Below are positions 19,111 to 28,436 of a stretch of DNA of 64,000 nucleotides, piece by piece; the first letter of the stretch is position 1, and every line of letters starts with the position of its first letter. Position numbers and translations under genes: made by a program. The notes below the pieces were generated by a model. The model saw only the letters and a list, made by a program, of their open reading frames with translations, did not search any database and was not told where the DNA came from. Location of the stretch: positions 1 to 64,000 of the IMG/VR virus record IMGVR_UViG_3300042340_000194, one strand, 5' to 3'. The stretch comes from a virus.

Positions 19111-19342
19111 GATGGTGGGGAAGCTCAACCGACCAGGCAACCAAGGCGTTCTGGCAGTTGAGCCATTCGAGGGGTAGATCGACTACCACAGTAGCATCTT
19201 CAGAGGATAGGTGTACAGTCTGGTCTACACAATGAGGTTCTAAGTAGATAGCTCCGACCTTGACGGCCTCGGGGAGGATCTCGCAGTTAGCTGCGAAGAT
19301 CGTGCAAATCGGATCTAGTAGCAAATCGACTGCTTTCGACAT
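19073..19342 (-). CDS. Small hypothetical protein in the tail module
   Basis: Likely start MSKAVDLL at 19342, after the terminator hairpin. Confidence 0.55.
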   Translation of the reverse strand: MSKAVDLLLDPICTIFAANCEILPEAVKVGAIYLEPHCVDQTVHLSSEDATVVVDLPLEWLNCQNALVAWSVELPHHHAQLQQRTTVSG

Positions 19343-19356
19343 TGGTAGAGGGAAAG

Positions 19357-19382
19357 CAAAGGAAAACCCCCGAGGTCGGGGG
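19357..19382 (-). terminator. Intrinsic terminator after the major tail gene
   Basis: Minus strand CCCCCG-ACCT-CGGGGG-TTTTCCTTT. Confidence 0.65.
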
Positions 19383-19407
19383 CGGAGAAGCGGCGGGGCC
19401 GCCTCGA

Positions 19408-20436
19408 TCAAGCCGTGCGGAAGCTGGTGGAGAACCCACCCAAGGCCCGCCTGGTGCCGGTAGCACTGGCAGCACCGTTGCTGTCCACAGCCTGGGTCAC
19501 GGCGCCGTCGCGCATGATGAATTTGAAATTTGTGGCGGCAGGCAGGGATGTAGTGGGCGTGATGGTGGCCACTGCCGTGGTGGAGTTGAAGGCCACGGTG
19601 GCTGGGATCTGGACACCCGTAGAGGCCAGCTCCAGGCGGAACCCGGATCCATCGGCCTGCCCCAGGCTGGTTTGGGTCAGGGCCAGGGTGCCGTTGGAGG
19701 TGAACGTCACCGTCAGTGGAGCTGAGACCACAATGGCCGTGGCATTGTCGGCAGGGACCGGAGCGTACCTACGAGTGCCAGTTGACAAAGTGGCGTTAAA
19801 TGTCTGCAACAGGCCGGTCTGCAGCGACCCGTAGCTCAACGGTGTAGAGCCTGCATCGTAAAGACCGCTGATGACTTCGCCTCGACCAATAAGGTCGTAT
19901 GTGAGGTTCGTCAGGTTCTGCGGATCTACCCCTGGTTTGAGGTTCTGGACAGAACAATTAACCCCAGTAAAGCTGTAGATGTAGTTGCCGGTAGTACCAT
20001 TGGCTTGGCCGAGATCTTGCAAGATCTCCAGGTAGATTTCACTGTCGGCTGTCTGAGAGGCTAGTTCGATAATTCGGTAGCCTTCTTCGTAGGCACCACG
20101 GAAGGATGGGACATTAGAACCTGCGGAGAACTCCATGTCCTTCATAAGGAAGGATGTGATGGAGGCTTGCCAGCCAGCACCGGTCTTTCGGCTGTCTTCC
20201 CACCCACCGTCGCCGATCAGGCGGAATTTTTGGTCTTTATCGGATTTTGACCAGTTGAGGTTCTGGATCCCCTGAATCTCTGTGTAAGAGACACCAGTAT
20301 CTAGGGTTGGCAGGGTTACAAAGCCGGCATTGTCACGAGTACCGAAATAACGTGCGCCTGGTGCTAGAGCGACACACCGAACAATAGTTTCATTTGCATT
20401 GTGAAAGCTCTGGCCCACGGCGTAGGTGAATGGCAT
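19408..20436 (-). CDS. Major tail tube protein with a C-terminal Ig-like domain
   Basis: FRLIGDGGWEDS tube motif; C-terminal PADNAT..V...TVTF...IPATVAF...ATITP..LPAATNF (Big_5-like); GC-rich codon usage. Confidence 0.8.
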   Translation of the reverse strand: MPFTYAVGQSFHNANETIVRCVALAPGARYFGTRDNAGFVTLPTLDTGVSYTEIQGIQNLNWSKSDKDQKFRLIGDGGWEDSRKTGAGWQASITSFLMKDMEFSAGSNVPSFRGAYEEGYRIIELASQTADSEIYLEILQDLGQANGTTGNYIYSFTGVNCSVQNLKPGVDPQNLTNLTYDLIGRGEVISGLYDAGSTPLSYGSLQTGLLQTFNATLSTGTRRYAPVPADNATAIVVSAPLTVTFTSNGTLALTQTSLGQADGSGFRLELASTGVQIPATVAFNSTTAVATITPTTSLPAATNFKFIMRDGAVTQAVDSNGAASATGTRRALGGFSTSFRTA

Positions 20437-20447
20437 GACTTAAACCT

Positions 20448-20933
20448 TTAGAAAGGGCGGAGGATCGAATTGAGGGAAGTGCCGCGAAAACGGACGGTCA
20501 GAGCTTCCAGGGCCACGTCAGACCCGGAGTTATACCGAAGGTTAGCTGTGGGAAAAAGCCTTGCCATACGGGATTGGACTTCTTTAAGGGTCACTGTTTG
20601 TCTAGTGGTGTCGTCGAATCCGTAATTGGTGAAGATGACTTTCCAGGTAGATACTAGAATTATCTGACCTATACCTGGGGTAACGCTTTGTTCGGGGACT
20701 TCCTCGATAATACATTGAATGCCGGAAGGTTTCCAGGACGACGGTACTTGATCTTTGCCTTCAGCAAAAATACATGGTATTTTCTGCCCAGTTTTTAGCG
20801 TGTAGTAGCCTGGCCACTGGCTGTCAGGTTTAAGCGTGATGTTGTCTGTTAAAAAATATTCTAACACAACCCTCTCTATCGGGTAACGTATGTCAGAGGG
20901 TTCGGGCACGTAAGTGCTGGTGGGTAGCGTCAT
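20448..20933 (-). CDS. Putative tail terminator/completion protein
   Basis: Size and position before the major tail gene. Confidence 0.5.
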   Translation of the reverse strand: MTLPTSTYVPEPSDIRYPIERVVLEYFLTDNITLKPDSQWPGYYTLKTGQKIPCIFAEGKDQVPSSWKPSGIQCIIEEVPEQSVTPGIGQIILVSTWKVIFTNYGFDDTTRQTVTLKEVQSRMARLFPTANLRYNSGSDVALEALTVRFRGTSLNSILRPF

Positions 20934-21310
20934 AAGGATTTCGCAGCTTTTAGATTTTTAGCCAATAACTGAGCGTACATGGCGGGAAGTTCCGCGATAG
21001 GGTCTCGGGTCCAGGGCCGTCCGGGGAAACGAACGCCCTCGGGGGAAGTTCCGCCTTCATGGACTTCAGTGGAGTAGTCAACTTCCCAAGTTATCTCAAA
21101 CCCTCCTGTAGGTAATAGGCGTAGTACCGCGCTGTCTCGTAACTTTCCTGTAGAGACAATATCTCGGATTTTCGGGTTACTTGGGTAAGCCCATTCAGGG
21201 GATTCGATTTCTTGACGACATCTTTCATTAAACCATTCCCCGAGTTCGACTATGGTTTTTGTTTGGGCCGCTTCAAAATCATCAGCGATTGAACGGGTGT
21301 TGGCTATCAT
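20930..21310 (-). CDS. Neck/tail completion protein (HK97 gp10-like)
   Basis: RDIVSTGKLRDS...YSTEVHEG...PGRPW. Confidence 0.7.
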   Translation of the reverse strand: MIANTRSIADDFEAAQTKTIVELGEWFNERCRQEIESPEWAYPSNPKIRDIVSTGKLRDSAVLRLLPTGGFEITWEVDYSTEVHEGGTSPEGVRFPGRPWTRDPIAELPAMYAQLLAKNLKAAKSL

Positions 21311-21705
21311 TAGCCACCTCCGGTTACTCGGAATATGCCGGATATGAGTTGCTTAAGGTCTGGGCGTGAAGCTGCGTGCATGCTAAGGTCAAATACAAGC
21401 TCAAAACGCCCTTCTACACCGTTGAGGGTGGCTAGTGCTTGAGATCCGTTTATGATGCGTGGGTCTAGCGTGCTCGGGGAAAGTAGTCGCCCGGATACGT
21501 TGTAAGTGGTTTGGTCAGTACCTGTAGATGACTTCCAGTTTGGTGGTTGAATAGCAAGATGGGCTATGTATTCAACTGTCTCTTCGTTGTAGTTATAGTT
21601 GCCGGTATCTGTGTTTATAGTTAGTGTGGTGCCGGGTACTTGGAATGCAAGTATTGCGTTACTCCAAGGGCTGTAGGCGGCAATAGTTTGGGTATTGGGG
21701 GGCAT
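21310..21705 (-). CDS. Putative head-closure protein
   Basis: Position in neck module; DTGNY, GRLLSP. Confidence 0.5.
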   Translation of the reverse strand: MPPNTQTIAAYSPWSNAILAFQVPGTTLTINTDTGNYNYNEETVEYIAHLAIQPPNWKSSTGTDQTTYNVSGRLLSPSTLDPRIINGSQALATLNGVEGRFELVFDLSMHAASRPDLKQLISGIFRVTGGG

Positions 21706-21774
21706 GGTATCAAATCAGACATTGCTTAATTGAGCTTTCTTTATCATTGGGGTTTCATGGTTGCTGCTCTCCGC

Positions 21775-21900
21775 TCACGGCTGCAACCTCCCCCGCATCC
21801 ATCGCTGCAGGGACGGCACCGCCGTCACCAGATACCAGGCAGCCGGGAACAGCGCCAGGTGCCAGGCGGTCATAAGGGCGAGGTCGGCGGGGAACAGCAT
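21775..21900 (-). CDS. 41-aa hydrophobic peptide (not in the ORF track)
   Basis: MLFPADLALMTAWHLALFPAAWYLVTAVPSLQRWMRGRLQP; ATG overlaps the upstream TGA (TGATG). Confidence 0.5.
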   Translation of the reverse strand: MLFPADLALMTAWHLALFPAAWYLVTAVPSLQRWMRGRLQP

Positions 21901-22400
21901 CATGGCGAAGAAAACGAATCCAACGCTTCGATCAATTCCGTTATGAACTGGCCCGGCAAATTACACCGAGTAATCAGCGCCAGCAGCTCTGACGCAAGGT
22001 CACTTTTTTCTGCTACCGGCAGAGTGGAGCCTCCCAGAATCCACACGATGCAATCTAAGTAGTCTTTGTGATCTCCTCGATCTTGAAACGAATTTAACGC
22101 AGCAGATATGTTCATCGCGCCATACTTTGCTTCCGGAGTTGACGAAAGCGCTGCCGCAACAATGCTGACGTAGCACGGATCGCGCAGTCCTTCCCGGTAT
22201 TCGATCCAGTCCGGCGGGGCGGGTGGTGCCGGCAAGGCCATCCATTCGGCCAGGTCGGCTTCGCTGGGCATAGGGTAACCCATGGCGTCCGCATCCCAGT
22301 GGTAAATCTCATCGGCTGTGCCATTAAACAAAACTCCCCAATCCACAAGCGACACCGAATGCGGGAAACGAGCGGCGATAGCTGCAGCAATTCCTACCAT
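21900..22400 (-). CDS. XkdW-like fibre assembly chaperone
   Basis: IAAAIAARFP...DW.V.....EIYHWD....PMPSEADL directly after the fibre gene. Confidence 0.6.
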   Translation of the reverse strand: MVGIAAAIAARFPHSVSLVDWGVLFNGTADEIYHWDADAMGYPMPSEADLAEWMALPAPPAPPDWIEYREGLRDPCYVSIVAAALSSTPEAKYGAMNISAALNSFQDRGDHKDYLDCIVWILGGSTLPVAEKSDLASELLALITRCNLPGQFITELIEALDSFSSP

Positions 22401-24949
22401 GACGGAACCTCAATAGCCATTAGCTGAGTGGTATCAGTAGTGGGGTGCCCATAAACGTTTGTTACGTTAGCTGATTTGTACGCTTGTAACTTTATCCTTG
22501 ATGTTGCCAATAAAGCGACCAAAGCGTAGGGCTGGCATGAAGGGTAGCAGGAAGCTGCAAAGGCAGTCATCTCGTGCGCCGTTATAGCTACAGATGTATT
22601 TGAATTAAAAATCTGGCCAATCAATCGCGTAGCCGAGCCAGTAGTATTGTCCCACATTAAATGCGCCATAAGAATGTACTGCCCAGGCCGAAAATTTATT
22701 ATTCTGGAGTTAGCCGTATCTGCCATCGCCCCAGTATTATCAACATCAACACGAGAAAACGTCACGTCGGTCATCGTTAAATTCGAGATTGTCTGGTTTG
22801 ATGTCAAGGAGATCTGGCATTGCATAGGCTTGGTCACCCCAGAAAGCTTCAGCCATCCAGATCCGTCGCAATAAAGCACGGCAGACTCACCGGCCCACAT
22901 GATACGCCTATTCTGACCATTTATCAATTCAGAGGCATTGCCGCTAATTGTAAATCTCCTAGTCGCCGCGTCACTAATGCGAAATGATATAAACTTGCCA
23001 GCGTTACCGGCTGCAGCTGGCAAAGTTACCGTGTAATCAGCAGTTGTCCCAGATATAAGATGTTGCCTGCTTATTGTTGCTGTGGCTGTTGTAGTTACTG
23101 CAACTTCAGAACTTGCAAGAATGGCAAGGTAGTCAGAGCCACTGTCGGTGGCAGTGACGGTGAGTGCGCCCGCAACGATCGACAAACCAGAGCCCAGGGG
23201 ATAGACCTGCGGCGCCCCGGTGCCGCTCTCGCGGCCTAGCACGCCGGCCGTCATGGTCAGCCCGCTGGAGCCGATTGCCCCAGCAAGCGCCCGGCCAGCA
23301 ATGTTGCCGACAATCTTGTTAATTGCTTGAAGGATTGAATCTGTGGCGGCAACAGTTCCCGCCTCAGCAACAAAGCCCGTTAGTGCCGATCCAATCGCTC
23401 GGGCTGCGGCAAAGAATTGGTTGCCGCCGGTTTCCGTAAGGTCGCCTGTGCCACCAGATGTGGCCACCGTGGCTAGGCCCGAAACCTGGCCCGCCGAAAT
23501 CGTCGGAATATCGCTAGCCACCAGAGATCGAAACGTCGGGGCTGCTGCCATGCCGGTCGCAGGGCCAGCCCATACCAAGTTTGCACCCTGGGCCGCCAGC
23601 GTGGCGGTCAGGGTCCCCGCCGTGGTGACGGGCGACCCGGTAACACTGAACAGGGCCGGCAGGCTCAGCCCAACACTGGTAACAGTGCCGCCATCAGGGC
23701 CACCATGGCCGCCCGTGACGCTGATGGTTTGGTTGGGCCAGGTGCCGGTAATGTTTACGTGTGTGCCTGCCACCAGCCCAGGGGTGGCCGTTCCCGTGCC
23801 GCCATTGGCGATCGACAGCAGCCCAGACACCCCCGTCGCCAGGGGGAGCCCAGTGGCGTTCACCAGGCCCAGACTGGAGGGAGTGCCCCCTGCCCCGTCA
23901 AACAGCACGGGGGCCCCCGTGGCGCCGGCGTTCACCGCCAGGGCATTGGCAATACCGGTTCCTAGGCCGCTGATGGTGCTCAGGGCCTGCGTGCCGGTGT
24001 GGTTGCTTCGGGCCAGGTAATAGGCCGCGTTGTTTGCCGCCAGGGCCGTCAGGTTTGCGGAGAGAGGCTGATAGCTGCTGGCTGCGCTGACTGTGGTCAG
24101 GTAGGCGGCCAGCGTTGAGGCCAGCCCTGGAGGCTGCACCGCCGTCGCGGCTAGGGCCCCCTGGGCAGAGCTGGCAAAGTCCCCCGCCGACGCCAGCGCC
24201 GCTGAACCCAGCTCTAGGCTTACGCGCCCAGTGGCAGCATTGAGCCCGGTAGCCCCGCCAGACCACTGCCCGCGCATTGAGTAGGCCGTATCCCAGTTGG
24301 TCTGGCTGGTGTTGCTCGGCAGGCTGAACCCTGCCGGCAGGCCCAGCGTGAGGGTGACGCTGCCGCCCGTGGTGGTGCTGCTTGTGCTCCAGCCGCTAGG
24401 AACCGACAGCGCAACCGCTTGCACCGCCGCTTCAGCCTTTGCCCGGTTGCTGGGCGCCTGCAGCCCCGCCAGCTCAGCAGTCGCCAGCGGAACATCTGCA
24501 TCCTCTCCGGTACTGGATGTAAGCCTAAAGCCGTCTGGCCCACGTAGAGTTACTGAAAGGTCTGTCCCTACTGTGGGTTGGGGCGACGGAGTGATTGAGT
24601 CAGGTGTAGTCGATGAGTCGTAGAAATCATAGTAGCTATCAGTAAACCCTACTACTGCAATAGAATCTCTAAGTCTTTTATACTCTTGTCCATAAAGAGT
24701 GGAATCAAGACCTCCGCCTAGAGCTGCCCCCGAGGGTGCTCCTACTTGAGACCCGATTTGACTAATACGAGATGCGAGAAGATGTGCGGATAGATAGGCA
24801 ACCCCATCCATCCGCATACCGCCGTTTCCCCATACTGAGGCTGGAGTTTCGCGCTCAGCTTGCGCAATAATGGGGGTGATTACTCCAGCAGGCTGCTCCC
24901 CGAACTCGGGGAAACGCTCACAGAGGCTGGTAGCGTCAAACAGCGCCAT
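22394..24949 (-). CDS. DUF4054-like head-tail adaptor fused to a long fibre domain
   Basis: N-terminal RFPEF...YLSAHLL...STLYGQEYKRL (about 100 aa), then about 750 aa of G/A/T/S-rich fibre repeats (ARSNHTGTQ, ANGGTG, GTVTSVGLS, PTFRSLVASDIP). Confidence 0.75.
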   Translation of the reverse strand: MALFDATSLCERFPEFGEQPAGVITPIIAQAERETPASVWGNGGMRMDGVAYLSAHLLASRISQIGSQVGAPSGAALGGGLDSTLYGQEYKRLRDSIAVVGFTDSYYDFYDSSTTPDSITPSPQPTVGTDLSVTLRGPDGFRLTSSTGEDADVPLATAELAGLQAPSNRAKAEAAVQAVALSVPSGWSTSSTTTGGSVTLTLGLPAGFSLPSNTSQTNWDTAYSMRGQWSGGATGLNAATGRVSLELGSAALASAGDFASSAQGALAATAVQPPGLASTLAAYLTTVSAASSYQPLSANLTALAANNAAYYLARSNHTGTQALSTISGLGTGIANALAVNAGATGAPVLFDGAGGTPSSLGLVNATGLPLATGVSGLLSIANGGTGTATPGLVAGTHVNITGTWPNQTISVTGGHGGPDGGTVTSVGLSLPALFSVTGSPVTTAGTLTATLAAQGANLVWAGPATGMAAAPTFRSLVASDIPTISAGQVSGLATVATSGGTGDLTETGGNQFFAAARAIGSALTGFVAEAGTVAATDSILQAINKIVGNIAGRALAGAIGSSGLTMTAGVLGRESGTGAPQVYPLGSGLSIVAGALTVTATDSGSDYLAILASSEVAVTTTATATISRQHLISGTTADYTVTLPAAAGNAGKFISFRISDAATRRFTISGNASELINGQNRRIMWAGESAVLYCDGSGWLKLSGVTKPMQCQISLTSNQTISNLTMTDVTFSRVDVDNTGAMADTANSRIINFRPGQYILMAHLMWDNTTGSATRLIGQIFNSNTSVAITAHEMTAFAASCYPSCQPYALVALLATSRIKLQAYKSANVTNVYGHPTTDTTQLMAIEVPSW

Positions 24950-24953
24950 CGGC

Positions 24954-25397
24954 TTAGCTGCCTCCGGTTAAAGTATCAATGCGTTTTTGAATAGCAGTGC
25001 GGACAGGCACGCGCTGGTCTTGCTCCAGCCAGGCTGCTAGACGCTGGAGATCATGAGTAGTTGTAATGACCTTGGTTGCATCTGGTAGTTTGAGATTAGC
25101 AATGGAGACATCCTCAGGAACTTTAAGGTCAGCTTCACTTAGAACTTCTTTGACCTCATCGCTTTCCATGACGCGGAGGGCGCCTAGATCCAAAAGACGG
25201 AGTGCATGGGGTCCGTGCGTTCCTGCTTTGATACTCTCCCAGTCGTCCTCGGGGATATTGTTGATCCCTTCGCGGATAGTCACACGAGTGGATTCCTCCG
25301 TTTCCTTAGAGATCGTGGTGTAGGTAATAGAACACCCATCCATAGGGGGGTTCTCCAGTGCAGGGCTGTAGAAAATGTTGACTCGATCGTGGCTCAT
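24954..25397 (-). CDS. Head-associated hypothetical protein
   Basis: Directly after the MCP; TIREGINNIP..DW; C-terminal QRVPVRTAIQKRI. Confidence 0.6.
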   Translation of the reverse strand: MSHDRVNIFYSPALENPPMDGCSITYTTISKETEESTRVTIREGINNIPEDDWESIKAGTHGPHALRLLDLGALRVMESDEVKEVLSEADLKVPEDVSIANLKLPDATKVITTTHDLQRLAAWLEQDQRVPVRTAIQKRIDTLTGGS

Positions 25398-25430
25398 GGG
25401 GAGATTTGTGTAGGGGCCGCTGGTAGCTTA

Positions 25431-26345
25431 TCAGGGTTTGTCCATCGCCATGACGGATCGGGGGAAGTAGATGGCCACACCACCGTGGCGGGCGTGGGCG
25501 GGAACGGTATATTCCAGGCCCTGGAGTTGAGGAGGGAAAAACTCCAGTGGCTGGGGGAGGTGCATCTCCAGCTTGTCCGGGTTACGCTCATAGGTCATGA
25601 TCCGGTCTTTAGACAAGAACCCGCCGGATTTAGAGGCAGTAAGCTCATTGATGGGTTCAATGTCCTTAATAACCTCGTTGGTATCGAGGAAAAACTCCAT
25701 GACAGTGGTGTCCGAAGCCGTCCCGAGCTTCATTGTGGAGATCTTTCGGAACACATTGTACGGAACCAACATGGTGTCTGGTTGTTCTTTCATGTTGCTG
25801 TTCTCGACGATCCGGGTTACCGGTTCATTGAGGAGTTCGAGAACTTCATCGGCGGTGATGCCGGACGTGTCGAACCACTTATCAGGTACGATCTTGTCGA
25901 GTTGATCGGAGTTGAAGAAGCCGCGAAGGCCGGCAGCAGGATCTCCGAAGTAGGAAATGCGCTGCATAGTTTCTTCATAGACGCGACGCACAGCGTTAGC
26001 GCGGCGTTGCTCCAGGTTTGTGTTGGGGACTTCAGCCGCAGCTCGCAGCTCCTGGACGGTGTAGCCAAAGCTGGAACCGTAGGATTCAACCTTGTGGGTT
26101 ACTTCCTTACGGAACACATCAGCGCGGGGGAGATCCTTTGCCTTATCGGCAATTCGCCGCATGGAGCCTTGTTGGTCGTAGATCCTATATGTGTAGGAAT
26201 CCTTCCCATTAGACACCTCGCTGTTAATGGGGAGTACACTAGCGTATTTGATGTCGGCATACTCGACTTCAAAAGCCCTAGTGATGATATGCTCAAGTTC
26301 CCTCGCGAGGAAGAAACCGTGGTTGTCGAGGCGTTGGTTGGACAT
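25431..26345 (-). CDS. Major capsid protein (DUF2184, HK97 fold)
   Basis: FLARELEHI, DLPRADV, FGYTVQELRAA, YFGD...GFFN, HGGVAIYFP; strong codon bias. Confidence 0.9.
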   Translation of the reverse strand: MSNQRLDNHGFFLARELEHIITRAFEVEYADIKYASVLPINSEVSNGKDSYTYRIYDQQGSMRRIADKAKDLPRADVFRKEVTHKVESYGSSFGYTVQELRAAAEVPNTNLEQRRANAVRRVYEETMQRISYFGDPAAGLRGFFNSDQLDKIVPDKWFDTSGITADEVLELLNEPVTRIVENSNMKEQPDTMLVPYNVFRKISTMKLGTASDTTVMEFFLDTNEVIKDIEPINELTASKSGGFLSKDRIMTYERNPDKLEMHLPQPLEFFPPQLQGLEYTVPAHARHGGVAIYFPRSVMAMDKP

Positions 26346-26417
26346 GGTCAGAGCCTCTCGCGAGGGGAAATAGAAGGAGGGAGGGTTAAGTAGTGGGGGA
26401 CCTGTGATGGTCAGGGA

Positions 26418-27041
26418 TTAGGTGTCGGCGGTGAAGGTCGCGGCGGCCATCTCGATCTCCAAGACAGCCAGGCCAGCCCCGGTGGTCTTGGTGATCCAGC
26501 GGGCACCGTTGGTGAACAGGGTCGTCCGGGTGCCGGAGGCTGTTTTGCAGAACCTTCCCAGGAATGCCCCGGCCACGGTGCCGGAGTGGTCGGTATCCCA
26601 GAACCTGACAGCATCCGTCAGGGCCACGGCCTCGGTGACGTAGACCCAGATTTGGCCCCGGCGGATGACGTTGAGCGACTTCCGGTTGGGGTAGCCAGGC
26701 CGGCCATCGGCGGCCAGGTTGGTCCCTGGGATCCCGGCCGATAGATAGCTGGCATTGCCGGAGGTGACCCCTTCGAATGTGAAGGAATCCGCCAGGATGC
26801 CGAAGTTGCCGGTGACCCCGGTGGAGAGGGTCATGGCGTTATCGTCTCGACCGCCGGCTGTATCTACCTGCACCAAGGCTCCAAACGGCAGCGCCGCGCT
26901 GGTCTGATTGATCCCGGTGAAAGAGTCGTAAGAGTTGAGATTGGCCAGCATCCCTTCATGGGCACCAGCGGAAGTCAGGGGGTATGAACCTTGAACCCCG
27001 ATAGGGGAGGTTACTGTGGTTGGGGTGAAAGTTACAGGCAT
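26418..27041 (-). CDS. Head decoration/cement protein
   Basis: Between DUF2213 and MCP; LPFGALV, NVIRRGQIWV, GARW. Confidence 0.75.
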   Translation of the reverse strand: MPVTFTPTTVTSPIGVQGSYPLTSAGAHEGMLANLNSYDSFTGINQTSAALPFGALVQVDTAGGRDDNAMTLSTGVTGNFGILADSFTFEGVTSGNASYLSAGIPGTNLAADGRPGYPNRKSLNVIRRGQIWVYVTEAVALTDAVRFWDTDHSGTVAGAFLGRFCKTASGTRTTLFTNGARWITKTTGAGLAVLEIEMAAATFTADT

Positions 27042-27089
27042 GGCCGGAGGTGTGAGTAGAGGGGATTAGCCTTTAATAGAAAGCAAGAG

Positions 27090-28400
27090 TCATCGCCTCT
27101 TAGAAGCAGTCAGCGGTTTCTGCCAACTATTGTTGGTTTTTTGCTTGTAGCTATCGGAGGATGCTGCAGCATCGCGCCGTTGAACCCCGCGAAGGGCCGT
27201 GCGCAGCTTGCCGGTGGAATCGGCAGCATCGGTTCGGGGAGCTGGTTCGGCCTCGGGGGGATCTTCGGCATCAAGCGTGGCCAGGGCCCCCTCAACCCGG
27301 CCCCTCATTTGGGCGACTTCCATCTCCTCATCTGGGGCCTCACCGAAGATGTTTTCGTATGCTTGGACATACAACTCATCGGCCTCGATGCCGTCGAAGA
27401 CGAAATCGTCTTCAAAGGCGGGTGCGAGGAGTTGAAGAGTGTCGAGGCGGGCGGCTACTAGGGTGTCCAACCGGGAGGCTGGGATTTGAGCGAGAACCGC
27501 GTCGATGTTGTCTTCATCGAGGTGAATCTCACTGGGTTCCCCGGCATCAATCGTGGCCTGGAGCCCATCGGCCCGCCCTTCGGCGATCTCCTTCTCAGCC
27601 TCCAGGTCGGAAAAATCACTCTGCAGGGTATTTAGCTTTTCCTGCAGAGTGGAATTAGCAGTGCGCAGTTCAGTAAGGGCCTTGCTGGAATCCCTCACAT
27701 AGGCTTGCACCAGCGGAGCATATTCAGAGGCAACCTCAACATCGACTCCATCGAGATTGATACGGGCCATAACGGGGTTCGCGGGGGGTACGGGCTCGGG
27801 GGAATCGAGGAGTGCTTGATCAAAAGATACCGCTGCCGTAGAATCCATTCGATCTAACAGCAACCTGACTTCTGGGCCAGCACGTCCTTTAGGGACAATG
27901 GCGATGTGGTTGACGCGGATATTGCGTTGGACACCGTCATAGGACTCGCCTGATGGTGTTTGACCGGGGGTAGGGTCATAATCGACTCGGTAGCCGGCGG
28001 ATACTTCTACAGCGTGATCGGGAGAATCTTTACGTTGGATGTTGTCGATGGATTTTTGGTCAGTGACAAGAAGCGCGACTTCAACAAAACCGTCGCTGAA
28101 GTGGACATGCGAGCCGGCATGCCCGATTTGATACATCTTTGTATTATCCGCATCAAGGAGCTGCGGAGGATGACGCCAAGTAACTGGCTTCATCCCGAAG
28201 GATGCTAGGGTTTCTGGCTTTCCTACTTCCTCTTCCGGGCGGTACTCAGTTTCGACCCTGCCGTCAGCGCGGCGATATTTCTGGAGGCCAGTGCGGGCGG
28301 TGCGGGCCCGGACCTGGAGGTATCCCGACTCCGGGTCGATCTTGCAGCCGACGATAGGCAGCGAGAGGAAGTCGTATCGGGTAGCTGTTGCTAGGCTCAT
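27090..28400 (-). CDS. DUF2213 prohead protease/scaffold
   Basis: GYL...ARTGLQKY...EYRPEEEV...KPVTWRHP...EVSAGY...YDGVQRNIRVNHIAIVPKGRAG; acidic coiled-coil C-terminal half. Confidence 0.9.
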   Translation of the reverse strand: MSLATATRYDFLSLPIVGCKIDPESGYLQVRARTARTGLQKYRRADGRVETEYRPEEEVGKPETLASFGMKPVTWRHPPQLLDADNTKMYQIGHAGSHVHFSDGFVEVALLVTDQKSIDNIQRKDSPDHAVEVSAGYRVDYDPTPGQTPSGESYDGVQRNIRVNHIAIVPKGRAGPEVRLLLDRMDSTAAVSFDQALLDSPEPVPPANPVMARINLDGVDVEVASEYAPLVQAYVRDSSKALTELRTANSTLQEKLNTLQSDFSDLEAEKEIAEGRADGLQATIDAGEPSEIHLDEDNIDAVLAQIPASRLDTLVAARLDTLQLLAPAFEDDFVFDGIEADELYVQAYENIFGEAPDEEMEVAQMRGRVEGALATLDAEDPPEAEPAPRTDAADSTGKLRTALRGVQRRDAAASSDSYKQKTNNSWQKPLTASKRR

Positions 28401-28436
28401 GCACCAGTTTACGGCTGGCGTTTAGGGGTAATCAGC

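Noticed and set aside
23343-24020. 225-aa + strand ORF and other antisense ORFs over the fibre, TMP and early genes
   Set aside because: GC-rich antisense shadows of well-supported - strand genes
24636-24660. GGGTTTA at the adaptor-fibre junction as a frameshift giving a short adaptor
   Set aside because: Heptamer is not in the X XXY YYZ phase of the reading frame
25431-26345. Encapsulin/linocin nanocompartment
   Set aside because: Full terminase-portal-protease-tail context shows it is a phage capsid
25206-26393. 395-aa + strand ORF antisense to the major capsid gene
   Set aside because: Shadow ORF produced by the strong codon bias of the MCP; no recognisable motifs
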